From a bacterium (GTDB lineage: Bacteria; Planctomycetota; UBA8108; UBA1146): a stretch of 64,000 nucleotides of DNA. This document shows positions 37,312 through 45,402 of this stretch, one piece after another. The position numbers and the translations under genes are program-made. The notes under the pieces were generated by a model. That model saw nothing but the letters and a program-made list of their open reading frames with translations, ran no database searches and had not been told where the DNA came from. The stretch spans positions 10,178-74,177 of the forward strand of contig JAPOLY010000004.1 of assembly GCA_029976805.1 (NCBI GenBank), written 5' to 3'. Numbering within the stretch: the first letter of the stretch is position 1; the number at the start of each line of letters is the position of its first letter.

Positions 37312-38247
37312 TTATCCGAGGATTTCCTCTCCCAGCGCACTCGCGAGAATGGCAACGCCCACTTCTGCGGTTTTGTTGCCGTGGTCAAGCACGGGATTGA
37401 CCTCTACCAGTTCAAGGGAACCGACTTTGCCGGTCTCGGCGATCATTTCCATCGCCAGATGAGCTTCCCGGTAGGTGAAGCCCCCCTCCAACGCGGTTCC
37501 GGTACCCGGTGCAAATCGGGGGTCGATGACGTCGATATCAAAACTCACATGAAGGTGATCACAGTCGGCAAGAGCATGAGAGATCGCTTCCTCAAGCACC
37601 ACAGGCAAGCCCCTGCGGTCGACGTCTTCCATCGTGTAGGCACGAATATTGTTTTCGCGGATATTTCGACGTTCCCCCGGATCCAGATCGCGGAGCCCGA
37701 CCTGAACGATGCGGTGGGGTTCCAACTTCGTTCCGGCATAACCCACCTCGGTCAACTCTTGGGGCCCATTTCCGAGGAGACAGGCTAGCGGCATACCGTG
37801 GATATTTCCTGTCGGCGAAGTGTCCGGAGTGTTCAGGTCAGCATGAGCATCCAGCCAGAGAACACCGATTTTTGGAATCGAACCGGGGTTTTGACTGTGA
37901 TAGTGACTCGCGACACCGCTGATAGTTCCCACAGCAACGGAGTGATCCCCTCCGAGGACCAGCGGTAAGCGACCGCTGTCCAGTGACCCCTTCACGCGAT
38001 CACTCAGTTGTTCGCAAGTCTGGGAAATCGTCTCAAGGTAACGGGCTTTGGGATCTCCCGGCTTTTCCAGCTCAGGGATGGGAACCGCAATATCCCCTCC
38101 GTCGATCACATTCAGCTCAAGTCGCTCCAATGCCTTGGTCAGTCCAGCGATTCTCAAGGCTGTCGGGCCCATGGCGACCCCTCTTTGACCAGCACCGTGA
38201 TCCAGAGGCACGCCGATTAATTCAACAGGCTGATCCTTCGACTTCAT
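37312..38247 (-). CDS. rocF: arginase (ureohydrolase family)
   Basis: 311 aa. Collinear with B. subtilis RocF: LVLGGDHSVAVGT, WLDAHADLNTP..SPTGNIHGMPLA, SFDIDVIDP, LTYREAHLAMEM, VEVNPVLD. ATG overlaps the TGA of the upstream selenoprotein gene. Confidence 0.88.
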   Translation of the reverse strand: MKSKDQPVELIGVPLDHGAGQRGVAMGPTALRIAGLTKALERLELNVIDGGDIAVPIPELEKPGDPKARYLETISQTCEQLSDRVKGSLDSGRLPLVLGGDHSVAVGTISGVASHYHSQNPGSIPKIGVLWLDAHADLNTPDTSPTGNIHGMPLACLLGNGPQELTEVGYAGTKLEPHRIVQVGLRDLDPGERRNIRENNIRAYTMEDVDRRGLPVVLEEAISHALADCDHLHVSFDIDVIDPRFAPGTGTALEGGFTYREAHLAMEMIAETGKVGSLELVEVNPVLDHGNKTAEVGVAILASALGEEILG

Positions 38248-39296
38248 GGCTGACTCACTTCCAGTTCTTCTTTCAGGGCTGCGAGTTTGGAACTCATGAG
38301 ATTGATCCGGGGTTTGAGGTCAGCACGGGATCCATAGGCCCTGCGGTAGGTCGTCAATGCTGTTTCAGCCGCACCAAGATCCTTTGCGGTGATCGCCCCA
38401 TCAAAAACCAGCCGCCAATAATCGGAAAAAATGTTGATTCTGGCATCATTGAGACGGGTCCCCGCCCGATACAGTTCGAGCATCTCCCGGGAAGTATCCA
38501 GATACAACTTTCCGCGCCCGACCTTGTCCTCGGAATCCAGAGCCCTGACTTTGCGGACATAGTCCTGCAAGAGGCGGTTGACCGGTTGGTAGGCATTCCA
38601 GCGCTCGAAACGGGCCAACAATTTTTTGTCGACTCCTTCGGTTTTGGCCGCCTGCTCCAGTTCCTTTTCCGTGGATTTGCGCAGATCCATAATCGATTCC
38701 AGTAACACCAGGCTCGCCTTGGCTGCGGCCTGATCTGCGGAACCCTCTTCACTGTTTTTGACCCAGGATCTCGCTTTGACCAACTCTGAGGCCACTTCCA
38801 CCGCACCACGGACCCTGTTTTCAGCGCTGGGACGGAAAGCTCCCGCAGTGTCATTCCGCAAGATCACCTGACCGTCCGCATCCATCACCACCGTGGTCGG
38901 GAAGGATCGCGCTCCGATCTCTCTCAGCAGATCCTGATCAGGTTTGTCCTGAAGTCGAGCGCTGATATTGACGTAGGGCACAAAATCCTTGCCGGCCATT
39001 TCCTTCCACCAATCGGACTGGAGAGGACCCCTCTCCAAAGCGGTGCAAGGCGGTCATGGAGCATAGGATCGGGTGAAGTAGGCAACGATGGGCAAATTGT
39101 CCCTGCGCGCTCTTTCCACTGCAGAGTCGAGGGAGCGTTCCCATTTGACCGCCTTGAGAAAGGAGGACTCCTGCTTTTTTTTCCAGCGGCGCTCCAATTC
39201 TTCCGGCGATTGGGCTCCCAGATCACTGGAGATCAGGAAGCTTGCCGGGAGCAAGGCCAGCAGTGCGATCAATATCCGCAGACGTGAACGGGTCAT
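38244..39296 (-). CDS. secreted thioredoxin-fold protein with in-frame TGA (putative selenocysteine, U-P-P-C motif); the two track ORFs 39054..39296 and 38244..39038 are one frame
   Basis: Both ORFs share a frame and are separated only by TGA at 39054-39056: ...PIVAYFTRSYAP-U-PPCTALERGPLQSDWW.... The downstream piece begins at a TTG with no ATG. N-terminal signal peptide MTRSRLRILIALLALLPASFL. SECIS-like hairpin follows. Confidence 0.6.
39020..39036 (-). promoter_or_regulatory. SECIS-like hairpin 18 nt downstream of the in-frame UGA (stem GGAGAGG/CCUCUCC, apical GG(G)UC)
   Basis: mRNA UGA ccgccuugcaccgcuuu GGAGAGGGGUCCUCUCC agucc. Outer cacc/ggug pairing extends it. Position and apical GGUC resemble bacterial SECIS (fdhF-type). 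Confidence 0.45.
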
Positions 39297-39386
39297 GTTT
39301 CAGGATCCTCTCGTGCGTCAAACTTGTGCCATCGATCCTTCTGATCGGTAGCAGGCGGGCTCAGGTTATCATAACTTGGTCTCCAG

Positions 39387-39929
39387 ATGGGCCTAGATCG
39401 CCTTCGGACGGGGGAATGGGTGACAGAGAAGCCAAGAAAACGGAAACCGGGATTTACGGTCAGGGCTGCCGTCGAACGCGACGATGAAATCCTCTTTTTG
39501 CGGGCAAAAGACTCCAGCTCGTCCGCAGAGGATGGCTGCTGGTATTTCCTGCCGGGAGGTCATGTCGAACATGGCGAAACCCTCGAATCCGCACTATGCA
39601 GGGAGATCCGCGAAGAGACCGGTCTCGAAATCGAGGGTTTGCAACCCGCCTTTCTGCGGGAGTTTATCGCAGGCCGACACCAACGGCTTTCTCCCGAGAT
39701 GCCGCCCGAACTGCATGTGATCGCCCTGATCTACCGCTGCAAGGTTTCAGCGGGATCCCGGGAAAACTTTGTTCATGGTGTCGACGGTGTCCAGGCAACC
39801 GAAGATCTGGAGTGGATTCCCCGCTCAAGGCTGCAACACCTCGATATTCGCCCCCCCCATCTCAAAGTGGCCCTCGCCACTCCCATCGAGGCGGGAACCG
39901 GAGTCGATTATTGGGCAGAGGAAGACTGA
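39387..39929 (+). CDS. NUDIX hydrolase
   Basis: Nudix box GGHVEHGETLESALCREIREETGLEI. Start uncertain (ATG 39387 or internal GTG). Confidence 0.75.
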   Translation: MGLDRLRTGEWVTEKPRKRKPGFTVRAAVERDDEILFLRAKDSSSSAEDGCWYFLPGGHVEHGETLESALCREIREETGLEIEGLQPAFLREFIAGRHQRLSPEMPPELHVIALIYRCKVSAGSRENFVHGVDGVQATEDLEWIPRSRLQHLDIRPPHLKVALATPIEAGTGVDYWAEED

Positions 39930-40035
39930 TCTTTTCTCGACAAAGCGTTACTGGATGCTGTGGGAAGAGCGGCTAGGATTCGTGCACGCCAGAGTTGAAA
40001 GCCCGCGAACATCGCGGAGTGGATGAGGAGGCGGG

Positions 40036-41874
40036 TTGTCCCCGACCAAAAGCGCAAAGAAAAAGAGCGCGAAGAAGAGCACCAAAAAACCGACAAAAAA
40101 GGCGGCTAAAAAAGTCGCCAAAAAGAAGGCCACGAAAAAAGCGGCTCAAAAACGATCTACCGGAGGCAAGACCGGATCCCGATCGAAACCGGAGCAGGCG
40201 GATCTTTTCAGTCAAAGTTCCAAGGGTAAAGCCACCAAGGCCTCTCCTCCCCGATCTAAAAAGAAGATCAAAAAATCTCGTGAGACCTCTGGAGAGGATG
40301 CTTCTTCAGCCAACAAGGCTGAACAGTTGGCGGCCAAGCAGAAGGACATCTCCGTCAGTGAATTTTTCGCCAAGAATCGGCACCTGCTCGGTTTTGACAG
40401 CCCCGCCCGAGCTCTCCTGACCACCGTCAGGGAAGCAGTCGACAACTCTCTGGATGCCTGTGAAGAAGCAGAATACTTGCCGACAATTGTCGTTGAAGTC
40501 ACCGCTGCCTCCGAAGAACAACACACCATTCTTGTCCGGGATAATGGGCCAGGCATCGTTCCCGCACAGTTGCCCAAGATTTTTGGTCGACTGCTTTATG
40601 GATCGAAGTTCCATGCCCGCAAGCAGACCCGGGGTCAACAGGGAATCGGGATCAGTGCTGCAGGCATGTATGGAAACTTGACCACCGGCAAACCGATGGT
40701 GGTCACCAGCAGAACCTCCAGAAGAAAACCTGCCACCCAGGTCACCCTTGCCATCGACATGGCCAAAAACCAACCCGTGGTCAAAAAAGAGCGGGAAGTG
40801 GATGTCGATTGGGCCCATGGAACCGAAATCCATATCGAGTTGGAAGGGACCTACAAAAAAGGCAAACACTCCATCGATGCTTTCCTGGAACAGGTCTCCC
40901 TAGCCAACCCCCATGTTGAAATCCAATACAAAAACCCTGTAGACAAAGAGCCCATCATTTGGGAACGGGTGACGAAGAAACTTCCGGAAGCCCCCATGGA
41001 AATCCTGCCTCATCCACACGGAGTGGAACTGGGAATCCTCATGCAAATGATGAAGGACACCTCTTCCAGAACTGTCAGCGGATTCCTGTGCAGCGAGTTT
41101 TGTCGAATGACCCCGAATGTGGTGAAAAAGGTCAGTGAGCAAAGCGAAGAACTGGGCAAGTACATCGACACCGATCGTCACCCCCGCAGGCTGAGCAGCG
41201 CCGATGTCAAGATTCTTCACAAGTCCATCGAACGGACCAAGATGATGGCGCCGCCAACCAACTGCCTCTCCCCCATCGGAGAAGAATTGATGGCGAAAAC
41301 CCTCAGGCGCAACTTTGACCCCGAACTGGTCCTGACAGTCTCCCGTCAACCTGCCGTCTATCGAGGCAATCCTTTCCAGGTAGAGGCGGGGATCGCTTAT
41401 GGCGGAGAACTCCCCGGCGACGAGCTCGCCAGCATTTTCCGCTTTGCCAATCGGGTTCCCCTGCAATACGAACAGGGCGCATGCGCCATCACGCAATCGA
41501 TCATTTCGACCCCGTGGAAGAACTACGAGGTTCAACAGGCCCGGGGAGCATTGCCAACGGGTCCGTTGGCGATTCTGGTTCACATTGCGAGTGTGTGGGT
41601 TCCATTCACCTCGGAAAGCAAAAAAGCGGTCGCCGGATACGACGAGATCCTCAAGGAGATGCGCCTCGCTATCATGGAGGCGGGTCGAAAATTGGCGATC
41701 CACCTGCGCAAGAAACGTCGACTCGCGGACGCAGAGCGCAAAAAGGATTACATCAAGAAGTACATTCCCCAGATCGGCATCGCCCTCCAGGACATTCTGG
41801 AGCTGAGCGATAAACAGAGAACCGGAGCAGAGTCCAAGCTGGCCGATGTTCTCGAAAAAAGCCGGAAGATGTAA
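40036..41874 (+). CDS. DNA topoisomerase VI subunit B (GHKL ATPase) with lysine-rich N-terminal extension
   Basis: 612 aa; TTG start after GAGGAGG. Bergerat ATP-binding motifs ([49 protein letters not shown]). N-terminal about 95 aa is AKK/KKA-rich and H1-like. An alternative TTG near 40321 would remove the tail. Confidence 0.85.
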   Translation: MSPTKSAKKKSAKKSTKKPTKKAAKKVAKKKATKKAAQKRSTGGKTGSRSKPEQADLFSQSSKGKATKASPPRSKKKIKKSRETSGEDASSANKAEQLAAKQKDISVSEFFAKNRHLLGFDSPARALLTTVREAVDNSLDACEEAEYLPTIVVEVTAASEEQHTILVRDNGPGIVPAQLPKIFGRLLYGSKFHARKQTRGQQGIGISAAGMYGNLTTGKPMVVTSRTSRRKPATQVTLAIDMAKNQPVVKKEREVDVDWAHGTEIHIELEGTYKKGKHSIDAFLEQVSLANPHVEIQYKNPVDKEPIIWERVTKKLPEAPMEILPHPHGVELGILMQMMKDTSSRTVSGFLCSEFCRMTPNVVKKVSEQSEELGKYIDTDRHPRRLSSADVKILHKSIERTKMMAPPTNCLSPIGEELMAKTLRRNFDPELVLTVSRQPAVYRGNPFQVEAGIAYGGELPGDELASIFRFANRVPLQYEQGACAITQSIISTPWKNYEVQQARGALPTGPLAILVHIASVWVPFTSESKKAVAGYDEILKEMRLAIMEAGRKLAIHLRKKRRLADAERKKDYIKKYIPQIGIALQDILELSDKQRTGAESKLADVLEKSRKM

Positions 41875-41884
41875 GGGAGACTGA

Positions 41885-43036
41885 ATGACAAAGAAAATCA
41901 CCCGGGCATACCTGGACAAGGTCCGCCGGGAAAACGCAAAAAAAGACAAGAAGACCATTTCCAGCATCGAGAATGCTGCAGATGACATTTACAAAAAGAT
42001 TCAGCGCAGGGGCAAACCCTTGATGCGTTTCCCAGTCCGTAGTCTCAGCAACGTCTCCTACGACAAGCGCAAGGGATACCTCGAGATCGGTCGAGCTCGC
42101 AAGGAACGCACCCTGACCGTCAACACCGTCAAGGGTTTCGCACAAACACTTCGCATGATGGGTCTTTCCCGGGAACTGGTGATCAACAACGATTTTGCCA
42201 CCAAGCGAGACGTCTATTACCAATCCAAAAATTGGGAAGAAGCCAAGTTTGACGACCAAACCGAATCGGACACGGTCATGGATGACATCGAAGCGCTCTT
42301 CTCAGTCGACGATGTCAGTCGTGAGCAGTTGCGCTTTGTTCCCGATGAACATGGCGGAGCTGTGGCTGGGGATCTGGTGGTCCTCGACCCCGACCTGGAA
42401 TCCGGAGAGATCGAACGCATTGACTGCACACGCTTCGGCAGTGGTGCCTATTCCATCCCCACTTCCGTCGAACATTTGAGCTTTGAAACTGGCGCCAAGT
42501 TCATCCTCGCTATCGAAACCGGAGGTGTTTTCCAAAGGCTTCAAAGTCACAAGTTCTGGAAAACCTCCAATTGCATTCTCATCAACATGGCGGGAGTCCC
42601 CACCCGCTCGACCCGCCGATTCATTCGCCGACTCAGCGAACAGGCCAAGATTCCGGTCTACGCCTTCGTCGATTGCGATCCCTACGGGATCTCCAATATT
42701 TATCGAACATTGAAGGTAGGATCGGGTAATGCCGCGCACATTAATCGCTTCTTCTGCGTTCCCAATGCCACCTATCTGGGAGTTACCCCTCAGGACATCA
42801 TTGATTACGAGCTTCCGACCCACCCCTTGAAGGATGTCGATATCAAACGTGCCAAGGACGCCCTCAAGAATGACCCCTTCTTCAAAAGCAAGAAGCAGTG
42901 GAAATCTGCGATTGAGCAATTGTTGTCGATGGGAGTCCGTGCGGAACAACAGGCTTTGGCGATGTGGGGCCTGAACTACGTCATTGAAGAATATTTGCCC
43001 CAAAAGCTGAAAAATCCGGGTAAATTCCTTCCCTGA
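41885..43036 (+). CDS. DNA topoisomerase VI subunit A (Spo11/Top6A; CAP + Toprim)
   Basis: 383 aa, 10 nt after Top6B. Toprim DxD (YAFVDCDPYGISI) and Top6A/Spo11 core motifs. Confidence 0.88.
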   Translation: MTKKITRAYLDKVRRENAKKDKKTISSIENAADDIYKKIQRRGKPLMRFPVRSLSNVSYDKRKGYLEIGRARKERTLTVNTVKGFAQTLRMMGLSRELVINNDFATKRDVYYQSKNWEEAKFDDQTESDTVMDDIEALFSVDDVSREQLRFVPDEHGGAVAGDLVVLDPDLESGEIERIDCTRFGSGAYSIPTSVEHLSFETGAKFILAIETGGVFQRLQSHKFWKTSNCILINMAGVPTRSTRRFIRRLSEQAKIPVYAFVDCDPYGISNIYRTLKVGSGNAAHINRFFCVPNATYLGVTPQDIIDYELPTHPLKDVDIKRAKDALKNDPFFKSKKQWKSAIEQLLSMGVRAEQQALAMWGLNYVIEEYLPQKLKNPGKFLP

Positions 43037-43065
43037 GAGCACGGCCGGCGTTTTGCCGCAGTTGC

Positions 43066-44409
43066 GTGAAGGAAGAGAGTTTGCTGATGCGTCTTCAGGC
43101 ATTTTTCCTAGGGGCACTTCTGTTGCTTTGCCCAGTGGTCATCTCGGCACAGCCTCAGGAATCCGGCCCCGATTCCGACCCTTTGGTCGTGATCGAAACA
43201 GGCTTTGAGTGGCTCCAGGATCGAATCCCCGAAGGGATGAGGTCAACAATCCTGTTTATGGAACAGTGGCAATGGTTGCTTCTGGCAGTGATTGCCGTTG
43301 CCGCCTGGCTGATTCAAAAAATCAGCTCGCATATCGGTGGTTCCATTCTGAATTCCATCCTGGCAAGAGTCGGTCAGTCTGAAAAGACGACTGCCGTGAT
43401 CACATCGGTGGGTAAATCACTGGGATGGTTTGCATCAGCACTGACTGTCGACCTGTTGGCACCAGCACTCCAATTTTCACAATTTGGAGTTTCACTCATG
43501 GACGTGGTCGTGCGTTCGCTCGCAACCATCGGTGGCCTGCTTTTGGCCTATCGCCTGGTTGATCTTCTCGGTGCTCGCATGGAGGAGGCCGCCAGTCTTT
43601 CCGAGAGCAAACTGGACGACCAGCTGGCTCCCATGATTCGTAAAAGCCTGAAGTTTCTCGTCACCATTGGAGCAGTGATATACCTGATCCAGAGTACGGG
43701 AGAAGATGTGATGCCCCTTGTCACCGGTCTCGGTGTGCTCGGTATCGGTGTCAGTCTTGCTGCCAAGGACACCTTCGCCAATCTTTTTGGTTCCATCACG
43801 GTATTCACCGATCGTCCCTTCCAGCTCGGCGATTGGGTCAAGGTCGGAGGGATTCAGGGGGTCGTTGAGGAGATCGGCTTCCGTTGCACCCGGATCCGCA
43901 CTTTTGAGAGTTCTCTGGTCAGTGTGCCCAACTCGGAACTGGTCAACGGCGTCATCGACAACATGGGCCAACGAAACTACCGCAGATTCAAAACCATGGT
44001 TGGTCTCCGCTACGAAACCCCCGCGGACAAAATTGAAGCGTTTTGTGAAGGCGTCAAAGCGATCGCAGCTGCTCAGGAGAAGATTGAAACAGAGACGGTC
44101 AGAGCCGCTCTGGTGGATTTCGGGGCATCCAGCCTGGACGTGCTCGTCAACGTTCGCTTGATCGTTGCGGATTACACCGAAGAACTTCAGACCAAACAGC
44201 GCTTCCTTCTTGAGGTGATTCGTCTTGCCGAGGAATTGGAAGTCGGGTTCGCTTTCCCATCAACAAGCCTTTACGTCGAGTCCACTCCGGAGCACCCCTT
44301 CCCTGCAGAAAAAGTGCCCTCCGGAGATCAGCTCCGACAACAAGTGGAAAAGTTTGGCCCCGGAGGAGATCTTTCGAGAACTTCCGGAAGTGGAAACTTC
44401 GCTCCCTGA
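43066..44409 (+). CDS. mechanosensitive ion channel (MscS family) protein
   Basis: 447 aa. N-terminal signal/TM segments and MscS pore-helix/beta-domain motif (GVLGIGVSLAAKDTFANLFGS...FQLGDWVKVGGIQGVVEEIGFRCTRIRT). Alternative start at 43087. Confidence 0.85.
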   Translation: MKEESLLMRLQAFFLGALLLLCPVVISAQPQESGPDSDPLVVIETGFEWLQDRIPEGMRSTILFMEQWQWLLLAVIAVAAWLIQKISSHIGGSILNSILARVGQSEKTTAVITSVGKSLGWFASALTVDLLAPALQFSQFGVSLMDVVVRSLATIGGLLLAYRLVDLLGARMEEAASLSESKLDDQLAPMIRKSLKFLVTIGAVIYLIQSTGEDVMPLVTGLGVLGIGVSLAAKDTFANLFGSITVFTDRPFQLGDWVKVGGIQGVVEEIGFRCTRIRTFESSLVSVPNSELVNGVIDNMGQRNYRRFKTMVGLRYETPADKIEAFCEGVKAIAAAQEKIETETVRAALVDFGASSLDVLVNVRLIVADYTEELQTKQRFLLEVIRLAEELEVGFAFPSTSLYVESTPEHPFPAEKVPSGDQLRQQVEKFGPGGDLSRTSGSGNFAP

Positions 44410-44422
44410 AGAGAATGAAGAT

Positions 44423-45253
44423 CTAGATCAGTCGTTTCAAAAGTGACTGCAAAAGCAGCTTGGGCTGATCCACGTGCAACCAGTGGCCGGCGTTCGGCAA
44501 GACTTCCAGTGTATGCCGAGGCCCATCACTCTCGCACAGTGATTTCATACGGGATCGGGTCGACTCTCCCACCACTTTCGATCGCTCCCCCACGATGAAG
44601 TCGATGCGTTCCACACCTTCATGGGAGAGACACGGCCATGCGTCAAACTCGTGGTGGCTCAACAAGAGATTTTCAATACGGTCCAGATTGAGTGGCAGGT
44701 GCAGGGTTTCGCCTTCCCTACGAAGATTTTTTCCGACCCAACCGGCAATCTCAGGTCGAAAACCGAATCTTCCCATGTAATCGACGAACTCGCCTCGGGT
44801 AGTAAACGCTGCGGGTGCTGCCCGAAGTGCATCCATCAACGTCAGAACCTGAAAGTCCGCTCTGGATTTCCCGGACATCAACAATGGGCCAGGATCCGCA
44901 TCCAGGACGAACGCCTGACGAATCGATGACTGCCGAAGAGCGAGCAGGATGCCAATCTTGGAACCGAAGGAGTGCCCTGCCACCGCATGAATCTCACCGT
45001 CAAAAGTCTCCATCATCTCTTCAAGATCGTTGATACAGGAATCCAGTTGATCCGGGGGGCTTCCTGACTCGGATCTACCATGCAGCCTGTGATCAGGAAC
45101 CAGCACTCCCAAATCAGGCCGGGCTTGGGCCAGATCCCGGGCAAATCCCGCCCAATTGCCCCCAGCACCCAGAATTCCGTGCAACAAAAGGACCCATCTG
45201 TCTGGGCTCGCTCCTTGGGCTACTCTCGTCATGAGGTGCAATTTCGCTGTCAT
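44423..45253 (-). CDS. alpha/beta hydrolase fold protein
   Basis: ORF 44423..45340 trimmed to MTAKLHLMTRV with AGGAG RBS. HG oxyanion motif (LLLHGILG) and GHSFG nucleophile elbow. Confidence 0.75.
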   Translation of the reverse strand: MTAKLHLMTRVAQGASPDRWVLLLHGILGAGGNWAGFARDLAQARPDLGVLVPDHRLHGRSESGSPPDQLDSCINDLEEMMETFDGEIHAVAGHSFGSKIGILLALRQSSIRQAFVLDADPGPLLMSGKSRADFQVLTLMDALRAAPAAFTTRGEFVDYMGRFGFRPEIAGWVGKNLRREGETLHLPLNLDRIENLLLSHHEFDAWPCLSHEGVERIDFIVGERSKVVGESTRSRMKSLCESDGPRHTLEVLPNAGHWLHVDQPKLLLQSLLKRLI

Positions 45254-45402
45254 GGGAAACTCCTGACATGATCCTCGGCTCTCTCCCCGCCGGTCGGGGT
45301 ATTCCGGTATTCTAGTATTCTGGATCCGATTCACCGTCACCCAAATCCAAAATTAGACTTGCCGGAATTCTCATTCAGCACTGCAGGAGTTATACTTTCT
45401 TC

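Noticed and set aside
39054-39056. In-frame TGA interpreted as a sequencing error or pseudogene
   Set aside because: Considered, but the position in a UxxC redox motif, the downstream piece lacking ATG and the SECIS-like GGUC hairpin at +18 make Sec the better reading. The pseudogene alternative is retained as the refutation case.
39995-40420. 141-aa arginine/lysine-rich ORF overlapping the Top6B start in another frame
   Set aside because: Artefact of the AAG/AAA-rich DNA that encodes the lysine tail in the Top6B frame.
43100-43117. gGGCACttctgTTGCTt matching the sigma-54 -24/-12 consensus
   Set aside because: It lies inside the first codons of the MscS gene and points into the coding region; most likely chance.
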